Source: Eledone cirrhosa (lineage: Eukaryota). Taken from it: a stretch of DNA of 64,000 nt. This document shows, one piece after another, positions 43,745 through 54,969 of this stretch. The stretch's first letter is position 1, and every line of letters begins with the position of its first letter. A program made the translations under genes and the position numbers. Location: positions 308,326,001-308,390,000 of the forward strand of contig OZ024742.1 in the NCBI GenBank assembly GCA_964016885.1. Direction: 5' to 3'. Under the pieces are notes generated by a model. That model did no database searches, was not told the DNA's origin, and saw only the letters and a list, made by a program, of their open reading frames with translations.

Positions 43745-43948
43745 TTTTCTCAACCTGTTAGTTCTTTCGTTACTTTGGTATATTGTGTGTTAGATTTTGC
43801 CTACCACAATTTTCGATTTGTCAAGCTATTTAAACGTATGTTATTACTCTAAGGATCTACCTTATTGAGTACTTTGCTAACTCATTATTTCATATAGTAG
43901 GCCGAATTTGCTTGCAAACCGCCAGAGATTCGATTTTACTAAGTATCC

Positions 43949-43951
<3 letters not shown>
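43745..43951 (+). mobile_element. Solo PLE-type tail between (TA)n tracts
   Basis: ACTC-TAAGG-atcta-CCTTA-TT-GAGTACT at 43846-43873. Confidence 0.6.
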
Positions 43952-44018
<67 letters not shown>

Positions 44019-44040
44019 GGATATATATATATATATATAT

Positions 44041-45139
44041 GAGAATAAACGTGCTGCGTGGTTGCTAATGGGTTACATATGAATAAAGTTAGTCCTTCAT
44101 CAGTGATCTTCCAACCATCATTGGTATTTCATCGCTTTAAAGACCATATACCTCCGGTTGGTGCGAGCAACGGCTAAAAAAAGTCGTTGGGACACGTAAA
44201 TAAAGGGGACACGAGAGTGTAAACAAACAAAGATGGTGAAGCAACGAAAAGTGAGGAAGAACGAGTCAAGTCCCAAATTTCCATGAATATAAGTTCGGTG
44301 AAATCGTGAACGAGAGAGAATAAAGACCATCAAACCTGGTTGGAATGTGAGCAAGGAAGGAATTCCGTACAGGTCTAACGGGAGGAAGAAGGAATCTAGT
44401 CTGTGAATTCGGTGAACGTAAGTTCTGTGAAATCGTAGACGAGAGAGAGAAAATAAGCGAACCAGCCTGACCAAGAGTGCGAAAGAAAAGAATTACGCAC
44501 AGGTCAAACGGGAAGAAGGAGGAGGAGGAGGAGAGGTAGTAACAGAGAGTGAGTGAGTGAAGGGTGAGGAAGAGGCTAACAGAGATAGTGACTGTTAGAG
44601 AGGGTAAAGATACAGAGAAAGAGGAAGCAGTAAGAACGAAATAGACGGGTCACAACGGGGGAAAAATATGTGTAAATATGAGAATACACGTGCTGCGTGG
44701 TTGCAAATGGGTTACATATGAATAAAGTTAGTCCTTCATCAGTGATCTTCCAACCATCATTGGTATTTCTTCGCTTTAAAGACCATATACCTCCGGTTGG
44801 TACAAGCAACGGCTATAAAAATCGTTGGGACACGTAAATAAAGGGGACACGAGAGTGTAAACAAACAAAGATGGTGAAGCAACGAAAAGTGAGGAAGAAC
44901 GAGTCAAGTCCCAAATTTCAAAGAGTGCGAAAGAAAAGAATTACGCACAGGTCAAACGGGAAGAAGGAGGAGGAGGAGAGGTAGTAACAGAGAGTGAGTG
45001 AGTGAAGGGTGAGGAAGAGGCTAACAGAGAGAGTGACTGTTAGAGAGGGTAAAGATACAGAGAAAGAGGAAGCAGTAAGAACGAAATAGACGGGTCACCA
45101 ATGATGGTTGAAAGATCATTGATGAAGGACTAACTATAG

Positions 45140-45140
<1 letters not shown>
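44041..45140 (-). mobile_element. Family D: tandem 639-bp unit (second copy internally deleted) plus a 40-bp inverted short arm, in (TA)n
   Basis: GAGAATA.ACGTGCTGCG at 44041 and 44680. The second copy lacks about 190 bp. ACCAATGATGGTTG..GATGAAGGACTAAC is inverted at 45097-45137. Confidence 0.8.
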
Positions 45141-45180
<40 letters not shown>

Positions 45181-45182
<2 letters not shown>

Positions 45183-45579
45183 TGAACAAAAAGGAAAAAC
45201 GAACACACACATATACATATATGTGTTCAAATCGTAAGGGACCAGATTCGCTAAGGTGAAGAGAATACTGACTATAGACAATAGGGTTTGTCAGACCCAA
45301 TTTAAGAATAGATCAAGAAAATAAATACAAACCACAATTCTGGTTTGTATTAATTTTCTTGATTTATTCTCAAATTGAGTCTAACAAACGCTATTATCTA
45401 TAGTTAGTATGGTCTTCACCCTAGCGAATCTGTTCCCTTACGATTTGAACACTTATATGTATATGTGTGTGTTCGTTTTCTGTTTTGTTTAGTCATATTA
45501 TACGGCTCGGAAAAATCTCTTTCCTAGAGCTAATTTATTGTAAGAGACTATTTTGAGTTTCTAACTCAATATATGCCTT

Positions 45580-45582
<3 letters not shown>
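45181..45582. mobile_element. Older asymmetric inverted repeat (arms of about 150 bp) with a tail hairpin on the right arm
   Basis: Arms 45181-45334 and 45341-45492; GCTC-GGAA-aaatctct-TTCC-TA-GAGC at 45505-45530. Confidence 0.75.
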
Positions 45583-45625
<43 letters not shown>

Positions 45626-45716
45626 ATCTGTATGTCTGTATGTATGTGTGTGTATATATTTTATTATTTTTTAATATAAGGAACTGTTTCTCTGTTTTTA
45701 TTCATTGTTTTTATTA

Positions 45717-45763
<47 letters not shown>

Positions 45764-45768
<5 letters not shown>

Positions 45769-46370
45769 CTTTCATATTTACATAACGCGAAATGGAAGAA
45801 ATAGAAACACAGCTGTACCATTTTCTTTCCTTAGTAAGAATTATTTAAATATAAATGCATTTCTTTATTTCTGATTTGTCGACGTAGCATGACGGAAGCA
45901 CTAGGTCCAGAGTTTGGACGTTTGAACACACAGCATCACAGATTAGTCGAGGGAAATTTACTAAGAGCTTAATTGCTGCGCTGTTCAATTCAACAAACTA
46001 ATATATATTCATATATGCTAACGGATTACATGGAATTATAACTACGTTATAGACCCTACCACGAAAGGTAGACCACATTGAGTAAATATATAATCCATGT
46101 AATCCGTTCGCATATATGTATATATATTAGTTTGTTGAATTGAACAGCGCAGCAATTAAGCTCTTAGTAAATTCCCCTCGACTAATCTGTGATGCTGTGT
46201 GTTCAAACGTCCAAACTCAGGACCTAGTGCTTCCGTCATGCTACGTCGATAAATCAGAAATAAAGAAATGCATTTATATTTAAATAATTCTTGCTAAGGA
46301 AAGAAAATGGTACAGCTGTGTTTCTATTTCTTCCATTTCGTGTTATGTAAATATGAAAGTAATATATATA
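45764..46370. repeat. About 280-bp-arm near-perfect inverted repeat with a roughly 45-bp spacer, at a (TA)n tract
   Basis: 45764-46047 versus 46091-46367; no canonical HHR found. Confidence 0.9.
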
Positions 46371-47039
46371 AGATTTGGAACTCGATGAACCAAAAACGTA
46401 ATTGAGCGATTATGTTTAATTTGTTTTGTTTTTAAACTGTCTGATCACGTGAGAGTAAAGTAAACAGTGCTGTAGATAGATTGATATGTAGTTATAAGAT
46501 GAAATGAGAGAATAAAACAGATATGATGAATAAGATGTGAATTAGCGAGACTGACAACCTTGTGTGAGTTGAATGAAAATTCCATTGATTGAGTCGAACT
46601 AAATAGGAGATTTAACCAGACATCAAGTCAAACAGAGCACCTGAATTATCTGAAGTGAAGACTTTATAGAAGTTTCTTGGAAACAAATCAAAAGTTTTAG
46701 TGATATATCGTTCAGACCTGAAAAACTCTAACAACCCAAACGAGGAGTAATGTGAAAAACGGAGACAAATGAGACAAAATGTGGAGATTTTATATAATGA
46801 AACCTATACCCATTTTCAAAAGTGGGTGGGAGATCTCCCCGCCGGACGGGGATAGTTGACAGGTCCGTATCGTTTCTTGCTCGAACGTCAGCTCAGCGAC
46901 CGAAACTAAAGTTGTAAGGTAACGGGAAGTTGTCTAAAGTATGACACTCCAACAGGTTGTTACAGCTGTTAACTCTATCAATACATCATGTTTACAATTA
47001 GCGGGCGGCGAGTCAGTGGGTTCAGTTATTTCATACAAA

Positions 47040-47400
47040 TCATGGCTGGAAACAGTATGACTGAATAGTTACGAAGTTCGCTTTGCCATCATTATGCTTC
47101 GGGTTCGAGTCCACTGTGTAGTATCTCTGGTAAGTGTTATTTACCATAACTTCGGATAGACCTACACGTCGTCATTAAACTTATGTAGACGGAAACTGTT
47201 TGGAAACCCATCGGATAGTCTGTACCTGTAAATCGAATGTCTAGCTAGCCTTGTCACATAATATGCCAAGCTGAATCCTCCTGAGAATTACGTAAGAGCG
47301 CATGTCTGTAAAATTCTCAGGCATGTACACATTAATTTCATATGTAGGATGTTGTTTTGATCCAACACAGAACATACAACATCGAAACTGACGAAGGTTC
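47040..47400 (+). mobile_element. Diverged tRNA-derived SINE (second family)
   Basis: B box GGGTTCGAGTCC; GTAGACGGAAACTG core. Confidence 0.6.
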
Positions 47401-47957
47401 CATTCTATATCATAAATAACTTCTAGAGTAGCAAATGGTCTGTATTTTATGGATGTGAGCTACAAGTATATATCATGTTCACACCTTAAACAAGATCTTT
47501 ATCGGCATAAGTGATTAAAAATCGATATTTCGATGAGCCAAAGCTGCATTTGGTATACTAAACTAGGAATAATGTTCTGTGAAATGAATAATGCAAGCGG
47601 AGTAAGAGGTCACATGATATCACAAGTGTGTCAATCGAATTCGTGGCGTATGTGAAGTAGTGTAATTAAAGTGATTGAGCTGACTGGCTGCTTATTTTTT
47701 CCTCTATAGTACTCGATACAAAAGAGAGCCTCTCTGTAGTTGTTTTACTTGCTAGAAATAGAAGTCAATATACGCTTAAACTGCATAACATCCTCTTTAA
47801 AACTGATAGATATATTGGATAATATAGCCATGGATATGTGTCGACGGCACGTGAAATTTAATCACGTTAACATGTCAATTCAAAGCTGTCAATTCAAGTA
47901 ATTTAGATGTGTGGTATTTTGCCAAATTTAATAGTCATTATCATAGTCACTATATTA

Positions 47958-48345
47958 GGTTCTGAGTTCAAATCCCGTCGAGGTTAGATTTGCCTGTCAT
48001 CCTTACATGGTTGATAAAATAAAGCACCAGTAATGTACTGGGGTAAATCTAATCGACTTTCCCTTTCCCAAAACATTATTGGCCTTGTGCCTAAATCAAA
48101 AATCATTATTATAGTCATTATATTACGTGTGGATTGGCAGTATCGGTAGAGGGTCGGGCGCCATGCTTTTAAGCATAGAGTTATCTCCCTTTATGATCTG
48201 AGTTCAAATCCCGTCGAAGTTGGCTTTGCCTTTCATCCTTACGGGGTTGATTAAATAAAGTGTCGGTAACACACTAGGGTCGATGTAATGGACTTTTCAC
48301 TTCCCTTATATTGTTGGCTTTCTGACAAATGTAGAAACAATAATT
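47958..48345 (+). mobile_element. Two adjacent SINE copies (47958-48110 truncated; 48128-48345 full)
   Basis: Each has GAGTTCAAATCCCGTCGA and the TCATCCTTAC core. Confidence 0.85.
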
Positions 48346-48427
48346 ATAGTCAGTAAAAGATATCACTACACTTCTGTTTGCCTTACGTAAGACATTTTCT
48401 AATCAGTTGTTAATGACTTGTGTGTTA

Positions 48428-48541
48428 GTTATGGTAGTAATGCTCTATATACTGTTTGTAGTAATGCTCTATATACTGTTAGTTATCGTAGTAATGCTCT
48501 ATGTACTGTTAGTTATCGTAGTAATGCTCTATATACTGTTT
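48428..48541. repeat. Roughly 30-bp minisatellite, about 4 copies
   Basis: GTAGTAATGCTCTATATACTGTT repeated. Confidence 0.9.
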
Positions 48542-49966
48542 CAAATAGAACATAATTCATTGTTTCTTTTCCTCGTGTTCGTTCTATCATTGCGAAACAT
48601 TCGTTTATCTGCACGTACGCGAATGTGTGTGTGCGTATGTCTGTGCACGTCTGTGTGCTGGTATATGTCTGTAATTGTGTGTGCGTGTATGCGTGTGTTT
48701 GTGTATGTGTGTGTGCTTGTATATGCGTATGTAAGAATACAGTATATGTTCTTTTTTCATTTCTTTGTGTGTGTGAGCACGTGTGTTTTTCTATGTGTGC
48801 GGGTATATGTGTGTGTCTATGCGCGCGTGTGTGTGCATATGTATGTGTGTGTGCTTGTATATGCGTATGTACGTATTCCAGTGTGCAAGAATACAGTATA
48901 TGTTCTTTGTTCGCCACCTGGTGGTGAAAACGCAGGTTATGTTTCCTTAATTTTCTTTTATTAACCAAGTAATTAATCTAATGGCGTTCATTTCTTAATT
49001 GAAAACTTACTAAATTAACCTAAAGTTACTAATTAATCTTAAACTGTCACTTCTCCTATGATTGTTTTTATTTGATTAATCCCCATGACTTTATATTACT
49101 AGAACATTAGATGTTGTGGCATTGATGCCATTCTATAGAAAGTACTTGACGTAAAGAAAATGGTTGTCACTGAAGCAAAACATTTTGTCTTAAATTACTT
49201 TGCAAGAAATTTACATTTTGTTTTATTGTTATCACGACAGATGTGTGTATAATGCTATACACTGACTTCTCTTGTTTAGACACAAAGAAATACGAGAAAC
49301 TGATATTCTCTCACATGCATGCATTTCTCTAGGGCATGGCCAATATAAGTAGAGTGAAAAGAGCTTCAATTGTTGATGGAAAATATATATCAAAGACTCA
49401 GATTGAATATACGTATCGAGTAATATATTGGTGCAAAGTTACCACGTATATTCACTTCGTAACTTTCATACAATATTACGTATCATAAATTAATGAATTT
49501 GTGATTAAATACAAAACTCTATACAATAGACAAGAAATGATGACTGTTTGGCGAGGTCAGCGTCGTTGGTTCACAAGGAATCATGACCGAATATATCCCT
49601 CATTGAACCATGTATCAATAAATTACATACACGAGCGACGAAAATATATAAGCACTGAATTGTTTGCTACTTTTTTGAGGGAGGGGGTTGTACATAAGTT
49701 ATAATACAGTGGGAGTGGTTACAAGAGTATATAAGATATTGGGTAAAATTTTGATTAATGAAATCACGCTCAGTTCCTTTTTCTTTCTATTCAATCTGTG
49801 AATCTCTTTATCTCTCCACCTCTCTCTCTCTCTCACTCTCTTTCCATCTCCCTCTTTCTGACACCCCCACACACTTCTTTATTCAAATATAGAGAGATAC
49901 CCTGAGCAAAAGTATCACACACAAATGCTTGACAATATATATATGTATATATATATGTATATATAA

Positions 49967-50181
49967 AACGAAGGAGGTGCGGTAAGGAACCAGATGGACC
50001 ATAACGCACCCGAGTACTCAATACTTAAGTTAGTAGAGTGGGTAATAGGAAAATGTATGACCCCCGCGGCAGAGCTCAAGCCGTTTCGACGGCTATTTCT
50101 GGACTAAATTAGAATTCTAATTTAGTCCAGAAATAGCCGTCGAAACGGCTTAGCTCTGCCGTCGGGGTCATACATTTTCCT
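49967..50181 (-). mobile_element. Mini inverted-repeat element, family A, copy 4 (perfect palindromic centre)
   Basis: Centre CTGGACTAAATTAGAATTCTAATTTAGTCCAG; hairpin at 50013-50039 on minus. Confidence 0.85.
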
Positions 50182-50203
50182 ATATATATATATATATATA
50201 TAT

Positions 50204-50277
50204 GTCCATTACGAGCTGAGGATCCGCTAAGGTGAAACAATTGTTCGCGGTATGCTGAACTAACTGTTGTGTAACCA

Positions 50278-50280
<3 letters not shown>
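50204..50280 (+). ncRNA. Stand-alone 77-bp minimal hammerhead insert in (TA)n
   Basis: CTGAGGA-t-cc gctaa gg-t-GAAA-caattg-TT; stem I imperfect. Confidence 0.65.
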
Positions 50281-50355
<75 letters not shown>

Positions 50356-50360
<5 letters not shown>

Positions 50361-51230
50361 AATACATTAACAGAGAAAGCTTTTAGCGATACTCCGACCG
50401 ACTCCCATCTCACTCAACAAACATTAGGATATACCTGAGTATAATCCCAATTAAGCGTTTGGGATGCTAACTATATTGTATTTCGTGGATAGTCGGCTGT
50501 ATTATTTTATATGAGACATAATTAAATAAATCTCTTTTTCCATACGATCGTTTCGTTATAAGATTTCTACAAGGTGGGAAAATAATGTCCAAGTTATGTA
50601 GAAGCTTGCATATAATCCATAGATATCCATGCAAGAGGGCTCTCATCAGTGGATGCCCAAGTAATATCAATATAAAAAAACTACAATGATATTAATATTC
50701 AACGATGGTCCCCGTCAGTGCTAGAAGGACTGCTAAGTTTGAAACTCTAGCAGTTCTTCAAAAAGAAATTTCACACTGTCCCCAAAATAGGAAGGGGAGG
50801 TCATCGTAAAACATAAAATAATATACACGTAGGTCATTGAACCCTATTAGGAATTCTAATCACGTGTGAACGAACTCGAATGGATATTAAAAAAATAAAT
50901 CTATGTACATATTACTTATATATGCATAGAGGTATTTTCTCAGGAAAAATAACAGACATGAGATACAGGAAGAAACAATCAATATTTCATATAAAGAATA
51001 AATAAAGATAGTCATACCTAAATATCTGGAAATTTTATTATCTGGCCATCCAAGAGTATAATACTTAATACATTAACAGAGAAAACTTTTAGCGATACTC
51101 CGACCGACTCACTCAACAAACATTAGGATATACCTGAGTATAATCCCAATAAAGCGTTTGGGATGCTAACTATATTGTATTTCGTGGATAGTCGGGTGTA
51201 TTATGTTATATGAGACATAATGAAATAAAT
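50356..51230 (-). mobile_element. Retrozyme-like non-coding unit: direct repeats of about 165 bp (period about 707 bp) with an HHR just before the 3' repeat
   Basis: AATACATTAACAGAGAAA..GAGACATAAT at 50361-50522 and 51068-51222. Confidence 0.75.
50539..50653 (-). ncRNA. Type-I hammerhead with a large branched stem-II insertion
   Basis: tcca-CTGATGA-g[..cttgcat/atgcaag..ttctaca/tgtagaa..]c-GAAA-cgatcg-TA-tgga. Confidence 0.7.
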
Positions 51231-51250
51231 ATATATATATATATATTTAA

Positions 51251-51330
<80 letters not shown>

Positions 51331-51334
<4 letters not shown>

Positions 51335-51456
51335 CTTTTGAATTTGTTTTGCAAGATTTCTTATCTGAACACGTGTGTTGAAATAGATATTGTTATACTT
51401 TGGAGGGGTCAAGCTGCCAATAAAAACACCTGCAGATTTTGATTTTCACTTCAATC
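51331..51456 (-). mobile_element. Solo family C 3' tail
   Basis: GAATTTGTTTTGCAAGATT..TGTTATACTTTGGAGGGGTCA matches the reverse complement of 35985-36068. Confidence 0.8.
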
Positions 51457-51530
<74 letters not shown>

Positions 51531-51832
51531 ATTTATGTTAGGCTTAACAATGGGAAGAACCAGTGGTGCGGGTCTTCCGGGTGCTATCGATATAACATCA
51601 TATTTGAAGGCTGCCCCCGAATCGAATATTCTATTTTCTAACTTCAATTATTTCTATCCCCTATCTTCTATTCTATGTTTCGTTTCAACGTAATCCTGTT
51701 ACATAATTCAAAAAATAACACCTGATGGAATCGCCTATTCTTGAATCATAATCAGATGTTAGAGCTGGGCCATCAAAATATGCATAGTAAATTTTCTAAT
51801 CCGGCCTTCTGTTGTTGTTTTATGAGTATATA

Positions 51833-51875
<43 letters not shown>

Positions 51876-51995
51876 GTGAATATATATATATATATTTATA
51901 TATATATATATACTCATAAAACAACAACATAAGATATATATATATATATATATATAATATATAAGAACAAAAGATGGTTAAAAAAGTTCCATGTA

Positions 51996-52062
51996 TTTTA
52001 TTATGCGCATTTCAAAAACAAGTATCATCATGCAATAATATTTGTGTTTTCATCAGATAAAA
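51996..52062 (-). ncRNA. Type-I hammerhead motif
   Basis: Inverted copy of 52190-52256. Confidence 0.8.
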
Positions 52063-52189
52063 CAGGAAGACATGATATGAAGGTTAAAAAACACTTGTGG
52101 ATAGTGCAGTTTTAAATCAACATATGATATATTGATTTAAAATTGCACTATCCACAAGTGTTTTTTAACCTTCATATCATATCTTCCTG

Positions 52190-52256
52190 TTTTATCTGAT
52201 GAAAACACAAATATTATTGCATGATGATACTTGTTTTTGAAATGCGCATAATAAAA
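52190..52256 (+). ncRNA. Type-I hammerhead motif
   Basis: ttttat-CTGATGA-aaac..gtttt-t-GAAA-tgcgca-TA-ataaaa; palindromic stem III. Confidence 0.85.
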
Positions 52257-52428
52257 TACATGGAACTTTTTTAACCATCTTTTGTTCTTATATATTATGT
52301 ATACTCCAGTCCTACAAACTGTAGAGTGCTTCTTATCCGATATCTGCATTGCTTTATTGTACTACAATAAAACTCACCTTCTACATATATATATATATAT
52401 ATATATAGTAATAATAATAATAATAAAT

Positions 52429-54179
52429 TTACAATGAAGCTCTTGCTCGAAGTGGATTTGTCGATAAGGTAGCATATACAGAGTACGAAAATAGACCTAG
52501 AAGAAATAGATCCCGTCGCATTTGTTGGTATAACTCACCATATAATATGGAGGTGGCCACACCATTAGCTAAGATCTTTCTTTCCCCTATTACGAAGAAT
52601 GTTTCCCCTACACATAAATATAGTAACATTTTTAATAGAAATACTTTTAAAATTTCTTACTCTACGACTCCTAACCTTGCACATAACATCACAGCTCCAA
52701 ATTTAGCTAAACTACCTAGCCGTAGGAACACGTGCAACCCTGTAGTTAATACTAACTGTAATTGTAGGAATCGGGTTGATTGCCCCCTATCCGGGAAATG
52801 TCTCTCTAGCAACATTGTCTACAAAGGTAAGGTTGTAACACCCACGTCCCGTAGGGCCTACATAGGGTTAACCGCCAATAGTTTCAAGCAGCGTCTTTAC
52901 ATGCATACCCATTCTTTTCGTTACCCTCTAAGAAGGAATATGACGTCACTTTCAGCTTATATCTGGAGTCTAAAAGACAACCAAACCCAATATAAGTTAC
53001 ACTGGGAGATCCTAGCTAGGGCTAGATCGTATAACGGAAATAAAATACCATGGGACCTCTGCGCCGCTGAGGCCCTGGAAATACTCTACGCCACAGACCA
53101 CATCTTAAACAAAAAATATGAGGCAATTTCGCTTGTAAACATAAATTGCACAAAACTTTCCTGTATTACAGTCCCACGTTATACCCTAACGGATAGTACG
53201 ATCTATACGTGGATATTTTACGTCTTGATGTGGGAGTTAAGTATATGTTTTGTTTATACCTTTACTTATTTGCATAGGTAAGTATATATTACCCGTATTT
53301 TTTGTGAAGGTGCGTATACCGTCTCGTACGTATATTTGATTGTTATGGCGTATAATTTTTTTATATATTCTGGTACTTATGGTTCGGCTATGTGTATACG
53401 GGAGTTTTGCGTTTGTGTGAGTATGCTGGTTCGTACGTATGTAGGGCGTGTGTATATGTGTACTTCATGTTTTGGTTGACTTACGTCTCCGAACATTCGT
53501 GTATTTACATGTAGGTATGTGTGTGCGCTTGTTATATACGTATTTATTTATTTATATACGTTTATATAATTATTTATTTATTTGTATACACGCACTCACA
53601 CACACACATATTTATATGTGCGTGGTTTTATTTACCTATGGTAGTTTTTGCATATGCTTGAGTATGTACGTATTTGTTTGCGTGTATGTATTTATTTATT
53701 TCTATTACTTCTGTATTGTATTTATTTACTTTGTTCTTAACTCTGTAGCGGAGATTCATTCGGTCTCCTAGTTAGAATTTTAGTCTACGACTTCTGCTAT
53801 ACCATTTACGTGGTTTTGCCTTTGCGTGCTATTGTTCTCCACGGTCCACATATGACGTATTATCTTCGTTTTTTTTTTTCGTTCATTGCCAGAGAACGTC
53901 TCTATTGCACCACCTAAGAGAACATTAGTCTACGACCTCTTTTATACCATAAACGTGGTTCTGTCTTTGCGCGTAATTGTTTTTCACCGCTCCTATTATA
54001 TTCGTTTTTTCTTGTTCTTTGCCAGCGAACGTTTCCACGAACCAAAGTATCGTCTTCCTGTCTTCCTCCGATTGCAACGTTTTTTGAAATATCCAGTTCT
54101 GCGTTTACAGATTGACTTTGTTAGTTTCAGAAGATCCCGTTAAGGGTGAAAGCAGCGATTTTTTGCTTAAACTTTAATC
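52429..54179 (+). mobile_element. 5'-truncated PLE: linker, GIY-YIG ORF, long 3' UTR and terminal HHR
   Basis: YNEALARSGF..RRICWYNSPY, IFNRNTFKISYS, CNCRNRVDCPLSGKCL, NIVY..YIG..FKQRLYMH..SF, DLCAAE. Confidence 0.92.
54123..54173 (+). ncRNA. Hammerhead motif with a U4-to-A change at the end of the PLE 3' UTR
   Basis: agttt-CAGAAGA-t-ccc gttaa ggg-t-GAAA-gca..tgc-TT-aaact. Confidence 0.65.
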
Positions 54180-54761
54180 TGTGTGTCTGTGTGTGTTTAT
54201 GTTCATTTATCTGTGTGTGTGTGTTTATGTTCATTTATCTATTTGTTTATTTATTTATTTATTTACATGTTATTGGTTGGTTGTTTGTTCTATGTGTGTG
54301 TGTGTTTTCATTTTGTCCTTAATTGTAAGTTGTGATGTTGCTGTTCCACTCATATTTTCTATTTAATTTTGGTTGTAATTCTTTTATGTTTATTGCCTCT
54401 GTAATTTGTCTAAACATTGCATCTTTTCTGTGTGTAGATTCTATTTTTATTTCTATGTTCTCTAATTTACCCTTGTGTTCTATCTTAGCAAACTGAGCAC
54501 ACAACACACACACAGAAACAAAATGGCGTAGGACAGAACAAAGGAAAGGTACAGAAACAAAGAAAGGAATCCCCAGTCACTGAAGAGGTCACAGAGTGTG
54601 TGACGAAAGGACTATGACTATATATAAACAACTATCTGGTTGTGGAACCAACCAACCAACCAGAAATTTATAAATTTATAAATTTATAAATATATAATAA
54701 ATTGAAGTGAAAGCAACTGGTGTGTGTGTTTCTTATTGGAAACATGACCCTCCCAAAGTAT

Positions 54762-54770
<9 letters not shown>
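54180..54770. mobile_element. PLE family C 3' end with an internal inversion (ORF end on minus 54180-54490, HHR and tail on plus 54488-54770)
   Basis: Minus frame RQITEAINIKELQPKLNRKYEWNSNITTYN* is a GIY-YIG C-terminus; HHR at 54575-54619. Confidence 0.85.
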
Positions 54771-54816
<46 letters not shown>

Positions 54817-54819
54817 TAT

Positions 54820-54873
<54 letters not shown>

Positions 54874-54914
54874 TTAAATAAAAGTCAAATGATTAAAATT
54901 TAGCTTCGTTTATT

Positions 54915-54969
54915 ACTGCTATATATATTTCAGTGACAGCCATCTTTGGCTGTGACATCTTCAGGCAGT
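54915..54969 (-). ncRNA. Type-I hammerhead motif
   Basis: actgc-CTGAAGA-t-gt c acagcc..ggctgt c ac-t-GAAA-tatata-TA-gcagt. Confidence 0.85.

Larger units (their letters stand above)
51958..52386. mobile_element. Asymmetric inverted-repeat HHR element: short arm on minus 51958-52125, long arm on plus 52130-52386
   Basis: About 165-bp arms, HHRs in both, and hairpin ACTC-CAGT-cctacaa-ACTG-TA-GAGTGCT at 52303-52330 in the long arm only. Confidence 0.9.

Noticed and set aside
46875-46920. cttgc..gtc..gacc-GAAA-ctaaag-TT-gtaag, a hammerhead-like skeleton
   Set aside because: The CUGANGA core is absent (TCGAAC); at best a relic.
51715-51762. taacac-CTGATGG..GAAT..atgtta
   Set aside because: Multiple core mismatches and no UH site.
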